Shown here piece by piece: positions 44,441-57,615 of a stretch of 64,000 bases of DNA. The notes under the pieces are model-generated. The model was not told the DNA's origin. It was given only the letters and a program-made list of their open reading frames with translations, and ran no database searches. Location of the stretch: assembly GCF_022539665.2 (NCBI RefSeq), contig NC_081331.1, forward strand, positions 7,936,001-8,000,000, in the 5' to 3' direction. The translations under genes were made by a program, and so were the position numbers. Numbering within the stretch: position 1 is the stretch's first letter; each line of letters starts with the position of its first letter. This DNA comes from Daphnia carinata (taxonomy: Eukaryota).

Positions 44441-45350
44441 ATGGAAATTCAAGCAGAAAATATAGGTATGAAATATTAATAAGTGAATTAAAATGTGTAG
44501 CACTGTTTGCCTCCGATTAGTATTGAAGTATGTATATTCGTTGCTCTACGCCTTTAGGAATCGAATGTGAAGTCGTGAATTGCACTGCTCGTACACGCAC
44601 AAAAATAGAAATGTTATCACATTATAGGACAGTTCATCGAGGTGATCGTACATTTGATGTAACTTGTTTGAGCAGTTGTGACAGAAGATATCTTACAGAA
44701 GATGGACTAAGAAAACATTTGCAGTCTCACCATCCAACATTCTTTGAACAAAATATTGAAGCAGTAGACCTAGCACCTGATGATTCAGAAGAAGAAGATG
44801 TAATGTTACGAGAAGAAATACAGGGTCTTAATTCACCCCTTGCTGCAGCATCTATCTTTTCAACAGAAGAACAAGTGCTTTAGAAGCCACATAACTAGTA
44901 AATATCATTTATTTTGTCTTCCATATAAATGAACTTAAATACTATTAATTTTGTTTACATTGACCCTGCATTATTTCTACTTCGTCTGTCTGATGAAAGA
45001 AAATTAATCAAGTAGATGTACAGACTGTTATGGAAGCAACAACAGATTTTGTGAACAAAGAAATCATTTCTGTTTTGTCAAAAACAATCTCATCACTGAG
45101 AGACAGCAAGTGTACGCACATCAAGAGTATCCAACAAATGGTACAAATATATAGATCTCCCTTTGCTCGTGATCTATTTAAACGTCTACGCACCCAGTAC
45201 AAACTTTCATCAACTTTTATTTGTCAGCGAGCTTCTTGACCACAAAGTGTACCAATTACAACATCCCGTTGATTTATCTGTATCAACAAATTGCATGTAC
45301 CCTTTGTCTGACTTTATCGTCACCAAAAGTGAAATAAACGATAAATAATT
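44441..45350 (+). pseudogene. N-terminal part of the EnSpm gene 1 (probable transposase; two C2H2-like fingers), catalytic core not seen
   Basis: CEVVNC...HYRTVH and CLSSCDRRYLTEDGLRKHLQSHH; stop at 44883; no DDE region recognisable. Confidence 0.55.
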
Positions 45351-45526
45351 GTTCACCATATTGTACTGTATGGCAACGTCACATACGTTTTGTCAACTCT
45401 AACCTACCCAAGCTCTTTCAAATTAGTCGGCCATTAATAGCTACACCGCCTACACACTTCAACTGTGCAGCACAGGTCAGTTTTCAATTTTAAAAGTAAA
45501 AAAGTCACTTTCCAACTACTTTAGGA

Positions 45527-47688
45527 ATGGTAGATTCTGGCCGAAAAAATGTTATTGTAGTGCTTGATACTAAAGGAGACGAGGACTCTGACGATAATTT
45601 TGAGATTGGTTTTTCGAATGAGAATGGAACATTTTCTGATCTTGCTTTGATCACCCAAAAATTGATAGCCAAGAGTGAAACAGTTCGAAACTCTGTAAGG
45701 GACCGTGACTTGGTTTTAAAAAGGCAAAGTAATATTAAAGAAGGGTTATGGGTTGTTATGGGTGAGGATTCGCCAGTTAAGTCTGGATCTATAATTAAGT
45801 GTTCTTTCAAAACCCCAGCACAAATGTCTCTCCGCTCTGCTACAAAAAGTAAGTATTAGTTTAAATTGATAATATTAGTAAGTACAATAAACACAATGCA
45901 TATCACTCCTTTATTTTCATAGAAAGCACAGTTTTGGTTCCTTCAACAATGACAGTTGTTGCTCCTGGTACTTCACATGGTATGTATGGTTTTTTGGCAA
46001 CTAGTTTACGATGATCATCTAATCCAATTTCTGTTACTTTCTAGATGGCTTTCTAGAAGAATTTGCAGTTACAAGGGCTTCTACTCCTCATGCTGAACAT
46101 GGTATTTACATTTTGAAAAAAAGTTCACGGTGACAATTTCTATAGCCTATTATATTTCCTAGATAACTCTGTTGTTTTAGAAGAATATGTTGATGGACAT
46201 GTGTCTACTTTAGATATTTCACACGGTATTGAAACTTTGGAAATGGGTTGATTTACCAATTGTTTTAAATGCATGTTAATTTTTCTGATAATTTTCTCTT
46301 CTTTCACAAGGAATTGTTGTTGGAAATCCTTACAGTCTTCATACTTCAGGTACATAAGTTTTCTGAAAATAAGTCTATGATATGACTTTAATTTCATTTA
46401 AAGTTATTTTGGCAGATTCCTTAAACGAAGATTTTGTTTCTTACAATTCGGATGACACCAGCACTTATACACACAGCACCGGATGACCAGCAGAATGACT
46501 TGACTTATAAACTGAAAAGGATCATGGAAAGAAGACGGACAGAAGTTCGCAGCAGTGATGTATCAGCTAAACATAAGAGCATGAAGTTAAATGGTAATGA
46601 CTCCGGTCCTACCAAATACCCCTCAATGGCAATGGGTACATACTCTACCTTTTTAAACATATTTCATTTTTAAAAATTGTGTACCAATTGGTTGTAGATG
46701 ACAGCGATACCATATCTTATGGTAAAAACGTAGCCAAGATGTTGGAGATTTCTAAAAACGGAACGGCCCCTTGTAGTACTGCCGTGGACAATCTCGTCAA
46801 ACTTACTTTCTCGATCAGAAGAATTCGAGTTATGAAATGGATACCTGAGTCAGGCAGAATTGAGAAATTCATAGACAGCCACTGCCCATTTCTTAAACAT
46901 CAAACTTTTGTAAATATTAAAATAAATTCAAGGCAATTGTTAAAGTGCAAAATATCTATTGATTATCAATTGCAATATTTTGAATATAGCTTTTCTTCGA
47001 GTTTGAATTAATAATGAAGAAACCATGCGAAATTTTTCGAGAAATGTGGACCCAATCGGCCAACTTCATCATTGAAGCAGCAAAAACTACAAATAAGAAA
47101 CAAGTAGCATCTCTATTATCGTCCAAACCTTTTCAGAACATGTCGCCTGGTAAAAAATTTAACAGAAGAATCGCAAACGTAATAATGACTAACTGTTTTT
47201 TTTTTTATTTTGCCCAAGAAATGTGTTCGAGAGCTGCCCTTGAATTATTACCATTCTTGGTTCCTGGAAAAGGAAGAGGTGATAAAGCAGCTTGACATTT
47301 GGTGGATTCCAGAATGGTAATAGAATTACCTCTTACCAATCAAAGTTAATATGACTATTGTTTTAATTAATAGGAATCAGCTAACCTTGCAAGTTGCATG
47401 GAACAGGAAACAAGGGGATCGCCGTTTATCCTATACATTGGATCGACTATCCACCTCATTTTGGAGAGTAAACCATTTATGAGATTTCACACAACTGCGG
47501 ATGCTGTTATTGGATTAATGGCAAGCTACTACGTCTTTCACTTCAAATACAGCAACAAGGTTCACAACGCATTGTTGTTTCTGCAGTCCTACGTTTTAGG
47601 CGTAAAGGACGAAGCAACTGATACTCCATCTGTCCATTCCTTTTCCGCACTGGTGGATAAAATGAAGACTTCTTCATTGTGTTTGTAA
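45527..47688 (+). pseudogene. EnSpm second gene (multi-exon; SAMD3-like C-terminal domain)
   Basis: Many short exons ending in ADAVIGLMASYYVFHFKYSNKVHNALLFLQSYVLGV, a motif I recognise from animal EnSpm-associated/SAMD3-like proteins; apparent stop at 47293. Confidence 0.6.
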
Positions 47689-48609
47689 TTGTACTCCAAT
47701 TTATGTTTTTCGGTTCCAAATGTATACTTTTGTGTTCATCTCAATATGTAAACTAAGATACATTAACAATAAATGTCATTTTCATTTGGATTTTCTGCAT
47801 TAATTTAATTATTCATATAAATAACTAGTACAAGAACGGGCCATTTGGTTGCATTTTTCGGTAAATACGTGTTTTAACTTAGGTGTCATTTTAACCACTT
47901 TTCGGAGGACTTTTACCAATTTCAGGAAGCCTCCCCTAAATTTTTTTTTAGGTGATATTTCCACCTATCTGGCAGAGTCCGACTTAGGTGCAAATTTCAC
48001 CGAAATTCGAGGCTTTTTTTTAACAGTGTGCGACGATAAAGATGACGGAAATCGAGATGCTGGAACAGTGAAGCTCTTTGGTCTCTTTAACGAGGATGTC
48101 CAAGGGGAATCGGTGGCTAAGCTTCACGCGTTTTATGTATCGTTTATTTGTCTTTATCTTGCTCTTATCATGAATTCATTTGTCACGCCGGTGTCTTCAA
48201 TTTTGTTGAAAATACATAAGATCCTTCACTTTTGTCGAAAGATATAAAAAAAGAGCAGATCTCTTTAGCGATAAAATTCTTTTTCAGAAAGAAAAAAAGA
48301 ATTTTCTTTTCTTTCTTGACTCTCGGACTATTAAGGCAAGTCAAATGCAATTGAAGAAAAAAAAAAGAAATGTGAAACTGAATTGCGGAAGAAAGTCCCA
48401 CCTGACCATTTACATGAACCATCGCACAGTCCTAATCGTTTCTACTTTACTTATCATAGGTTGATAATTTCGAAGCAATCGGGACTGCAACCAGTATTCA
48501 CGTCAAACTTACTTGTTTAGCGGGGGGTGGCTACTCCCGAAACCGACTTGTTATAGGGAAGTTGAAAATTATAATCTTTTTAAATTGAATTTGTTTTTGT
48601 TTTATTTAG

Positions 48610-48709
48610 CTGTCTTTGACCAGCCGTGCTTGAATGGTGGCCGCTGCGTCTCACCTAACAGTTGCCAATGTCCCCATGGAACCGTAGGTTCTACATGCCG
48701 TAAACGCAG
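48610..48709 (+). pseudogene. Orphan EGF-like exon
   Basis: ag|..VFDQPCLNGGRCVSPNSCQCPHGTVGSTCRKR|gt; first Cys replaced by Phe. Confidence 0.7.
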
Positions 48710-49279
48710 GTAGAATTCGTAACATCTTGAACGATATTTTAGCCAATTCTTGCATATATTTTTCTCAATTTATTATCATTCTAGTGATACGTTATTTTCT
48801 TCACGAGGCTAAAGCACCAACGCTCTCTAATTGGTCTTCCCAATCATCAAGCTTCCTTGTTTCGTGGCAAATATAAACCGTAGATCGAATGTAGAAAACT
48901 TATTTGTTGCGTTTAACTATAACATACGGTCATCTGAATTAAAACCGTTTCTCATCAAGATATGACATTATGAAATACATTAAATATAGTACATTTTTTT
49001 GCAGCTTTCGTACTATTTGGTAATCCGGAAGATTGTGGCAACCACCACCGGAAGGGTTTGCGCGGAACAAATTTGATGAAATCGTGGAATATTTTATCAT
49101 ACGAATAAGATGAGGAAGATCACGGGGATGGGGGTTCCCATCAGTTATTTTACAATAATAGAAAGATATAACTAAACAATTTGCAAACTATTTGTATATT
49201 CTAAATCAGAATTAAAAGTTAAACAAAGTTCATTAAACAATTTCTTACGAAACTCATTTATTGACACTAAAAACGAATC

Positions 49280-49690
49280 ACTGTTCGGGACTCCTGCAAC
49301 TTTTTGTAAACGTGGTTTTCGTGCAGAATGACACATATAAAGGACTTGTGTGTGCCTCTGCGTATTGGAGCCGTGATGGCCATGTCGTGATCCAGTTGTG
49401 GGTCGCGGTTCACAACGGATTGCGTCACCGTTACGGTTCCCGTGAGTTGAGTTTCCCCCTGCTACGCCATATGAAGTGTCATCGGCATGCACCGGGAACA
49501 AACTCATGTAATAAGGTGCTAGGCAATATTGAGATGTCTCATCATCACGATATGCCTTCAAACGGTGAAGAAACAAGTAAAAGGGCCTCTCAATGCGTTG
49601 AGATTGAGCATTGAGAACCTAACCGGATTTACACTTCTTCCATAACCGCCTTGACGAATAGTAAAGCTTGTTCAAAAGTATCTGATGGCC
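49280..49690 (+). pseudogene. Possible fibronectin type III remnant
   Basis: CVEIEH*EPNRIYTSSITALTN resembles the FN3 L.P.T.Y...V.A motif; weak. Confidence 0.25.
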
Positions 49691-51070
49691 TATAGACTAG
49701 GCTTCCTTGGGAGGGATCATCAAGTTGATAGTATCAGCTTGGTGGTGTTAGTCGATTCTCCTATAAGAAGAAATCTACCCTAGTGGTGATGAAGTTCATC
49801 TACCTAAACTAAGTCACAGATGCGCTGGATGCGGGGCTTTAATAGTTACGTAACGTAACCTGTTGAAGTCAAGGAGCACTTTTTGCCACTATGAATACAG
49901 GGCCTCGAAACAAGTAGTAAGCTGATAGACGGGAAACCCTGTACTGGGTGACGAGTAGCAATAAATCTATAAATATCGCTATAAAGCTTCACCTGATTTT
50001 TACATTTTGTTCAGACGTTCACTACTAACCTGAAAATTTCTTAATGGCAGCACTCTGTTAGTTTCATTCTCCCTTGATTTTGTTGTGCGACAATCGGTCT
50101 TATTCAATTAAAGGTCGTAGTTAGTCCGCAGGATCGTTTGTTTCGATCGGGAAAATGAAGAGCGATATACCGAAGCGGGAAGAAAGTGAGAGTGGCTGTA
50201 TAGAGGAATCAATGCTTTTCAATGTCTTCAAGTAGGCTATATTTTTTGGCCATTTGGCCTGAATCACATACCAAAAAGTAAAAGAAAGAGTGCCAATAAA
50301 TGGGTTTTTTCTCCACTTTCCAAGTGAGCCAGCCAAACACTCTATACAACACTGAAAGCGCAATAAAAAAAAGAACATCAAAGAAATTGAATCTGTAATA
50401 CTATCGAAATTCCCTTTTTTATTTCTTTTCTGTTCGTTTTTTTTTATTGTTTTGAACAACAATGCTTCTAAAAAGAAAATTGGAAAAGAAAAGCGCAACG
50501 GCTGACACGCTTCTCGAGTTTGCATTCTTTATTTCTATTGCCTTTCAGTTTTTCAACCCGCAAAGTTGGTGGCCATGGGCCATGGATATTCGGCAGCCTT
50601 CCTATTGTTCCCGTCAAAAATTCCCATGTGAATTCGCAGAATAAGCCGAAATGATGTCGTCTAGTAATATTGGCAAATACAGTTAGACTACATGCGAATG
50701 AGCAGCCGTCGGTCGGGTCGATAAGACGAAACGGGAATGACGGGAAAAGATCAAACAATCAATCACAGACGGGTAGTGTCTTAACTCAAATCACGGCAAA
50801 CATGTCAATTAAAAAAAGATGACAGATATCCTTTAAAAATCTCGTATACGTGATACGTACCAATCTATTCTTATCACGCATACATTCTTTAGTGATTTTT
50901 CCTTTTTCCCTAATTATTGTAGAATCTTGCTGCTACTCTGCAATCACACGTCGTAATAGAAGAGAGAACAAAAAGAAAGGAACCACGTCGTTTGTCAATT
51001 TGCCACTATAACAACGGCAATTGCGCACCGCTACACACAAACGGATGAGACACATATAAAAAGTAAAAGA

Positions 51071-53291
51071 ACCGTTGAGGAAAACAGTGTATATATTCGG
51101 GTCGCTGATCTCTTCCCCACTGAATAGATTAATATCTTCAACTACCATGTTCTGTGCAATCCGGATGATGGGTTCTTCCTCTGCCTTCGTAGTAATATGA
51201 GTCATCAGCGCCAGATTTTTTACTAGCCCGCATCTCTAAGTCATATCACCATAAAGGCCATATTAAATTGTTTAAAGTTTCTGGAGAAAACAATCACATT
51301 TGTTTTAAAAGCTAATTAGTTTACCTCTCCTTCAGGTGTATCTGACGGACACAACATACCTATCAAAAGAATTTTTTAAAATTGAAATTAAATAAAAACT
51401 ACGACATTTGGTAACAAACAAAAAGTATTTTCACCCCACTGAGAAGGTTGGAGAGAACGGGGACCAGATACTTTGCGTGTCTTTTCGAATTCAGAATTCA
51501 CCCGAGTCATCATCCCAAGTCCAGAGATGTAAGACAAGCGGCAAAGCGTTTGTGTGACGCCTTGCCTTTCCATTCGGAAGCGTTTAATCGTCCAATTTCC
51601 CTAAGAAATACAATTAAGTTACGGATTTCGAAGAGCGAACCAAGAGAAAATTGAGTATTACAGTAGCAATGGCATTTTCTAACCCCAAAGTTATATGATC
51701 GGTCTTTATGCATTTAATTGCATCAAACTCGGCCGCCTTAACCCTGGGAATTTTCTTGTCCGCGATTGCCTTTAATTCGACATTCATCCGCTTGAACAAA
51801 TCTTCGAACAACAGGGAAAGTAGCGAACCCGCTAACTCCATGCGCTTGTTGCCATAATAATCACGGTCGTCAACTGATGTTGGATCATTTTCGGCTTGAA
51901 TGACCCGGCGAATCATCAAAGCTAAATACATTGCTTTAGCTTTAAAGTTGAAATTGTCCACCTATGCAAATATGATAATTATGACATTGTACATCCATGA
52001 AAACGTAAAATCTGACCGGAACGTGAGCTAAAACGGCGGTGGCAAGCATCTCTCTAGCCTCTTCCACAGGCGTTTTCTCTGGACCCCCCAAAAAACGCTT
52101 TTGACGCAGTTTGTTGCCCAAATGCCTGCAGTAGACAATCCAAAAAGATTATTATGTGCATAGGTATACAGAATTTTGAAGATGTATTGTGGATACTTCA
52201 GTGATTGCTGTTGAGTAAAGATCGATGCGCGAACACGTTCTTCTAAATAGGGCGCAAATGCCGTCATGACACGATCATCAGTGCCAATCATTTGGACTAT
52301 TTCTTGATCAGCCAAAATCCCCATAGCTTTAAAAACTATGACGACAGGGACGTCCTTGAAGTGTTTGACAGAAAATAAGTCAGTCTAAGCTTTCAGAATA
52401 ACGCATCAAAACATTACATCCTAAAAACTATTTTGATTCAGATAGTATTTCCCTTTATTCATGATGACATTGGTGCGCGTTTTCGTTCCGTGCGTGCTGC
52501 TGGTTACTTGACATGACATGTTTCCTTTTCTATCTTGCTCGACAATCATCCGATTTTTCGACATTTGTCCTTGAATTAAGATCACCTAAAATTGACTGAT
52601 TTGAAAAGTTACGACTAAACAGCATTTTACCAAAATTGTTTTTACCTTTTCATTTCCCCGAACAATGAAATAACCACCACAATCATATGGACATTCATTT
52701 TTTTTGCCATTTCTGCAGCTGAAATACCAGCCAATGTGCAGTTTGAGCTCCTCAACATGATTGGCATTCTTCCAATAGAAATGCCATTGCGTATAACTCT
52801 TTGCTGTCCCCTGGTGTACTCGATATCAACAGTAACTGGAGCTGAATAAGTCATGTCTCTTAACCTACACTCATGAGGAGTGGTCAGCCGAGACTATTGA
52901 ATTCAAACGGCATATGGAATAAAGGCTGATACTTTAAAGGATTTTTTAAAAATTATTACATGCTGCATGTCTTCTATGGAATCTGGTTTTCCCACATGAA
53001 TGTCCAAGTACTTTAGGTAGAATGTTTGATCAGCATGGCTCACTACCTTTTCATTTGCTTTAACAATTTTCTTGATGTCCACATTGATGAAGTAATTGTA
53101 TGAATCAACATGCTGTTTGACAAACCCTTTGTTCTTGAGAAAAGCCGGAACCAACTTCCATTTTTCCTGTAAATTTGACAAAACATTAGCTTCATCAGTC
53201 ACTAAGAGAATTTTAGAATTACCTCAACAGTCTTAATTGGTTCTAATAATTTTTCAAGATCTCCATAAATATCCCTGTGTGATTCTCCCAT
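51071..53291 (-). pseudogene. POLR3B: RNA polymerase III second-largest subunit RPC2, 3'-truncated pseudogene
   Basis: ATG 53291; [91 protein letters not shown]; ends at VFLNG. Frameshift in an A-run ~52700, TAG ~52421. Confidence 0.95.
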
Positions 53292-53370
53292 CTTCTTAGT
53301 TTCACAGTTCTGCCACTTAATCTAATTTTTAAATTTCCGGTGTCATCTAATTCAATTTTTTCACAACTTA

Positions 53371-53820
53371 CATCGTCTCACAATCTTGTTCTTTCTCAAA
53401 CTGTTCAGCGGAGTCTTTAAGCCAACGCTTTCTATCACGTAATGCGGACGCATTTTGGATTGCAGTTGGCGCCAAAACGGTCAACCATCTACCGGACGTT
53501 TGACGCAAAAACCCAAGTTCACTGAAAAGTCGAACTAAAAGTTGATGCCATAATGGACATCGGCGTGAGGTTAACATTGAAAAATTAAATTAAGTTTTAT
53601 TATGTTTTGGTTTCAGATTTTGTATTTAGAATTCCGGAAGTGAAATTGGACGATTAATCCTTTTACTTTTTTAGATACTAGACAAATAAGCACAATACAT
53701 AATACGAAGTACGAACATGAAAGATTCTTACATCCAGACCCTACATGACAGTGGCTTACATTCCCTATGCCTACATCGGGATAAGGATGAACACTCGCAC
53801 GTTAGAATTGGAATATAATC
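53371..53820. repeat. POLR3B upstream segment, duplicated at 19988-20436
   Basis: Near-identical 450 bp beginning 80 bp upstream of the POLR3B ATG. Confidence 0.95.
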
Positions 53821-54644
53821 AAATAATACACTTGCAAAAATGTTAAAGGGAAAAGAACGTCTCTATGGCCTAGGGTAACAATATTAGTGTTTTGACTAGT
53901 TATTTTAATGTCTTTGGCTGCATGGCGTGGTGCCTTAAAAGTAAAACTATTCTTACTAATCTGGATGTTAAATCATTATAAAGGGGGATGCCTCAAATAC
54001 TAAAACTACAATTCAAGGGCAAATGGCTCTACAATTTTTTACACAAATGGTGTGAAGAAAGGCAGAAATTTGTTTTCCACCGCAGGTACTAATATAGTGT
54101 CACGGCCAAGGATCTTTACCAAGATAGAGACGTCGTGCTTCAGATTAAAAGATAATGTGTATTTCATCACAAGGTTCCATAACACAACTGAAAAACTAAC
54201 TGCTCTAACCAATTAATCAAAAAGCCCCCACAGGTGTGCCAAGTCGCCCCTTTTATATCCGGCGACGAGGGTGGTGCTCCAAAGGACGGCCATAACTGGG
54301 GAGGGATTTCCATCCTAGCGCTGTTGCCGCTACCGCGGTGACGAATCGAATATTTCCGACGCGACATCCCCCTCCTTAAGTCGCGACTCGTCCCGATCGC
54401 GCTCGTGTGCCAGGAAAATAGAAGTCTAAAATCTAATATTTGTGTTACGGGGTAGAGGGATTACAGGGTTAGAGGAATTACACGACATTGACTTCATTTA
54501 TAGGGGGGACTAAAGTAAATAAAAGCATTTCTCATGAATAAAAGTTGGGGCCGCCGCCGACCCATCTAGCGCTCGTAGCCTCAATACTCACCGGCCGACC
54601 AAGAGATGGCGTGGCCAGTTAGTGTTCTTTTCCAACCACGCTAT

Positions 54645-55727
54645 TCAGTCTCTTCTCATGTCCTCATGTTCTCGCCGGCTTCCATCACGTCCGTTTGGTC
54701 CCCTTTCGTCCTCTCTTCCTTCCCGATCGGGTGTTGGTGATCGTGGTCTCGTATTACCCGAGTTGGTCTCGCAAAAACGAGCAATATGACCGGAGCGTCC
54801 ACATCGGTAGCAGATTGGTTTTCCGTCTACTGTTCGAGAAGTATTCTCCCCTCCCAGGCATAATTGTTTAGTGCCTCGTTCCAGCTCTTCTATCCGAGCT
54901 GCCATATCGCGTATTAAATTTTTTAACTCGTCATGCGACCCTGGGCGCGTGCTGTCTCGCTTTGCGTCGGACTCGTAGGCTTCTTGTTTCAACGGAGTTC
55001 GCCTTTCTTCGTAGTCAGCATACGTGACTCGCTTGGCTGGAATAGGTTCCTTCGCTTGTCCCATAAAATTAACTACCTGATGCGGCTTCTCTGAATCCTC
55101 ATATGCCCTAGTATAAATTTTTAATGCTCTAAAAAATTCATCTGTCGTCCGGGGCTGTTTAATTGTCATTTCTCGCTTCAAAGGCTGATTAAGCCCACGC
55201 AAAAGATAATCTATTTTCTTCGCTTCAGACATCATAGGGTTCAGCCTACGGCACTGATTGAGCACGTCATAGAAATATCCTACGACCGTTTCCGAAGCCT
55301 CCTGCTTCGGATTACGTAGCATAGCTTTATGATAGCGGTCGAAATCCTCCGAGCGAAATGTTTCTAAAAATCGCGTTCGTAGGCCCCTTATCCCGCTTTC
55401 GGCCTCCCTCCCAGGCGCGGCTTCACGCGGAGCAACATCGTCCCAGACCACCTGTCCTATTTGACAAGCTAGCCAATCCTTTGCTGTGCCTTCTACGAAT
55501 AATCCAAAGTATTCCGCTTTCTCAGCGGGACCCCATCCATTAAAATTGGCGGTCCTCTCGAAGCGTTCTATCCATTCAGCGGCGTCATCGTCTGGTCCTC
55601 CGCGGAAAACTGGTACTTCACGATACTGCGATGGATGAGCCGGTGCACGCTGAGCGGCTCCTCCTGCCTGTGCAGGTACACGGGCGGGAGGTCCATCATT
55701 TCCTCTAAATTCCGCACGTTGGGCCAT
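54645..55727 (-). CDS. gag: Ty3/Gypsy Gag (capsid plus CCHC knuckle)
   Basis: PVFRGGPDDDAAEWIERFERTANFNGW; Q...ETVVGYFYDVLNQC; CYRCGRSGHIARFC. Confidence 0.9.
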   Translation of the reverse strand: MAQRAEFRGNDGPPARVPAQAGGAAQRAPAHPSQYREVPVFRGGPDDDAAEWIERFERTANFNGWGPAEKAEYFGLFVEGTAKDWLACQIGQVVWDDVAPREAAPGREAESGIRGLRTRFLETFRSEDFDRYHKAMLRNPKQEASETVVGYFYDVLNQCRRLNPMMSEAKKIDYLLRGLNQPLKREMTIKQPRTTDEFFRALKIYTRAYEDSEKPHQVVNFMGQAKEPIPAKRVTYADYEERRTPLKQEAYESDAKRDSTRPGSHDELKNLIRDMAARIEELERGTKQLCLGGENTSRTVDGKPICYRCGRSGHIARFCETNSGNTRPRSPTPDREGREDERGPNGRDGSRREHEDMRRD

Positions 55728-55928
55728 TTCAAGCGTTGGTGCTATAACGAGCGGTAAAGCTCCAGAAAAATCGTCTAACCCCTTATCTCTTCCTTCCCTT
55801 GCGCACTCGTTTAAAAGGTTCCTTGCTTTTCGGCTATCTTCCGTTGCTCCCTCGGATCAATACACGTTTGTTCTCCTACACCACTATCTCTCGATCTTGC
55901 TTCCTGATCAAACTTCCGATACCTACAA

Positions 55929-56243
55929 GAGGAATTTGTCCTCGCGTTCGACTTTCCGATCGGGTTCAGTGATACGATTCCTCTTCTCGGAAAGGTATGG
56001 CCGATCGCTTTGGCAGTCTGTGCCCCTACTTCTGAGGAACTTGTCCTCGCGTTCGACTTTCCGATCGGGTTCAGTGATACGATTCCTCTTCGCGGAAAGG
56101 TATGGCCGATCGCTTTGGCAGTCTGTGCCCCTACTTCTGAGGAACTTGTCCTCGCGTTCGACGTTCCGATCGGGTTAAGTGATATGATTCCTCTTCTCGG
56201 AAAGGTATGGCCGATCGCTTTGGCAGTCCGTGCCCCTACTTCT
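55929..56243. repeat. 3 x 105-bp tandem repeat upstream of gag
   Basis: Units start at 55929, 56034 and 56139; they encode a 35-aa repeat in ORF 55811-56458. Confidence 0.95.
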
Positions 56244-57615
56244 GTAACTCTCTTTAGAGATTCCGCCTGACTTCCGTCAAGACCAACGTTGCGTTGTCCT
56301 TCCTCGCTTATCGGGGACGCGGCTAACCCTCGTAAACGCCTGCTCTGCCTAGGCGGATCCGTACTCATCCACCGAGCTACGTCTCTCTCTCCCACCCAAT
56401 GGTAGGCCTGTCGGGCTTTCACTACGCGCTTTCCACAACTTACTCGGACGGGTCTCAACCTAACAGCGAATCAAGGAAATCGGCCAGGTCTGTGGTCCTG
56501 TACCACGGCAATTTAAGGCACTTTCTAGCCGGCCGGTCACACTTCCCAAGGACCCCTAAACAGCACCTGCCTCCATGTCCCTTATTCAAAAACTTCCCAA
56601 GACCCGTGCGAAAAGAACAACAATTGCGCTTACCTTACTCAGCCTAACAGGTGGTACCCTGCATCTCCACCATGTCACGGCCATGGATCTTTACAAAGAT
56701 AGAGACGTCGTGCTTCAGATTAAAAGATAATGTGTATTTCACCACAAGGTTCCATAACACAACTGCAAAACTAACTGCTCTAACCAATTAATCAAAAAGC
56801 CCCCACAGGTGTGCCAAGTCGCCCCTTTTATATCCGGCGACGAGGGTGGTGCTCCAAAGGACGGCCATAACTGGGGAGGGATTTCCATCCTAGCGCTGTT
56901 GTCGCTACCGCGGTGACGAATCGAATATTTCCGACGCGACAATAGTTCCATGTTAAATTACATTGGCAACAGTTTTTTTTCCTTTTTGTTTGGCTACTTA
57001 CCAGGACCCCAGACAAGTTCCTAGTTTATCATGTTAAATCAGCTTCTTCTTGTGATGAATTCCAAACAATAGCACGAGAGGAAACGACTGGATGGCGTGA
57101 CTTCCTGCGTTGTTGTAACAGACATACTAAAAGAACTCTTGAAAGATGAGTTAGCCGAAAGCAATGACGAACATTTGGTAAAGCTACACCACCTATGTGA
57201 AACAGGTGGACTTGTTTTACCAGATTGCAGTGTTGGATTGGCAAGCCGAAGCCCCAAACCAATCGAAGTGGCTTATGCATTCCTTCCAGTGAATGAAGAA
57301 ACAAGAGCTGAGTTAGTGGCTAGCGATTCTCCGCACCAAGTTTGGATCTCATTTACTCTCTCTCTAATTGTATGTGATAATCTACTGCAGTTTTACGTCA
57401 CAATCGTCAAGTTTCAGAAAACCTTGTTGTCATTGGTAGAATATATAAAAAAATAATGAATAAAATAACGAAGCTTGAAGTTATTTAGGAAAAAAAAGAC
57501 ATACAATCTGAAAAACTTTTATTTATTCCATATTTCTAATTGGAACATGACACATCTCATGTTGCTCTGGTTTCACCGAGCGTCCGGTCAGGGATGAACG
57601 GACATCGAACGCTAG

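Larger units (their letters stand above)
44118..48028 (+). mobile_element. CACTA/EnSpm-type DNA transposon, internally deleted (3911 bp)
   Basis: 12-bp TIR CACTGTTAAAAA/TTTTTAACAGTG; 2-bp TSD TG (44116-17/48029-30); two intron-containing gene remnants inside. Confidence 0.88.
54098..56941 (-). mobile_element. Gag-only non-autonomous LTR retrotransposon (TR-GAG-like, 2844 bp)
   Basis: 269-bp LTRs (54098-54366, 56673-56941; 5 mismatches counted), TSD ATAG, PBS TGGTGGAGATGC (tRNA-Ala-like, 56661-56672), PPT AAGGAGGGGGA next to the 3' LTR; no pol. Confidence 0.93.

Noticed and set aside
55809..55817. UUUAAAC -1 slippery site between the leader ORF and gag
   Set aside because: The heptamer is phased in the downstream frame, not the upstream ORF frame, so it would not join them.
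55929..56243. CRISPR-like array
   Set aside because: Head-to-tail 105-bp units with no unique spacers, inside a eukaryotic retroelement.
56661..56672. tRNA genes
   Set aside because: Only short PBS complements (here and at 22626); no cloverleaf seen in the window.
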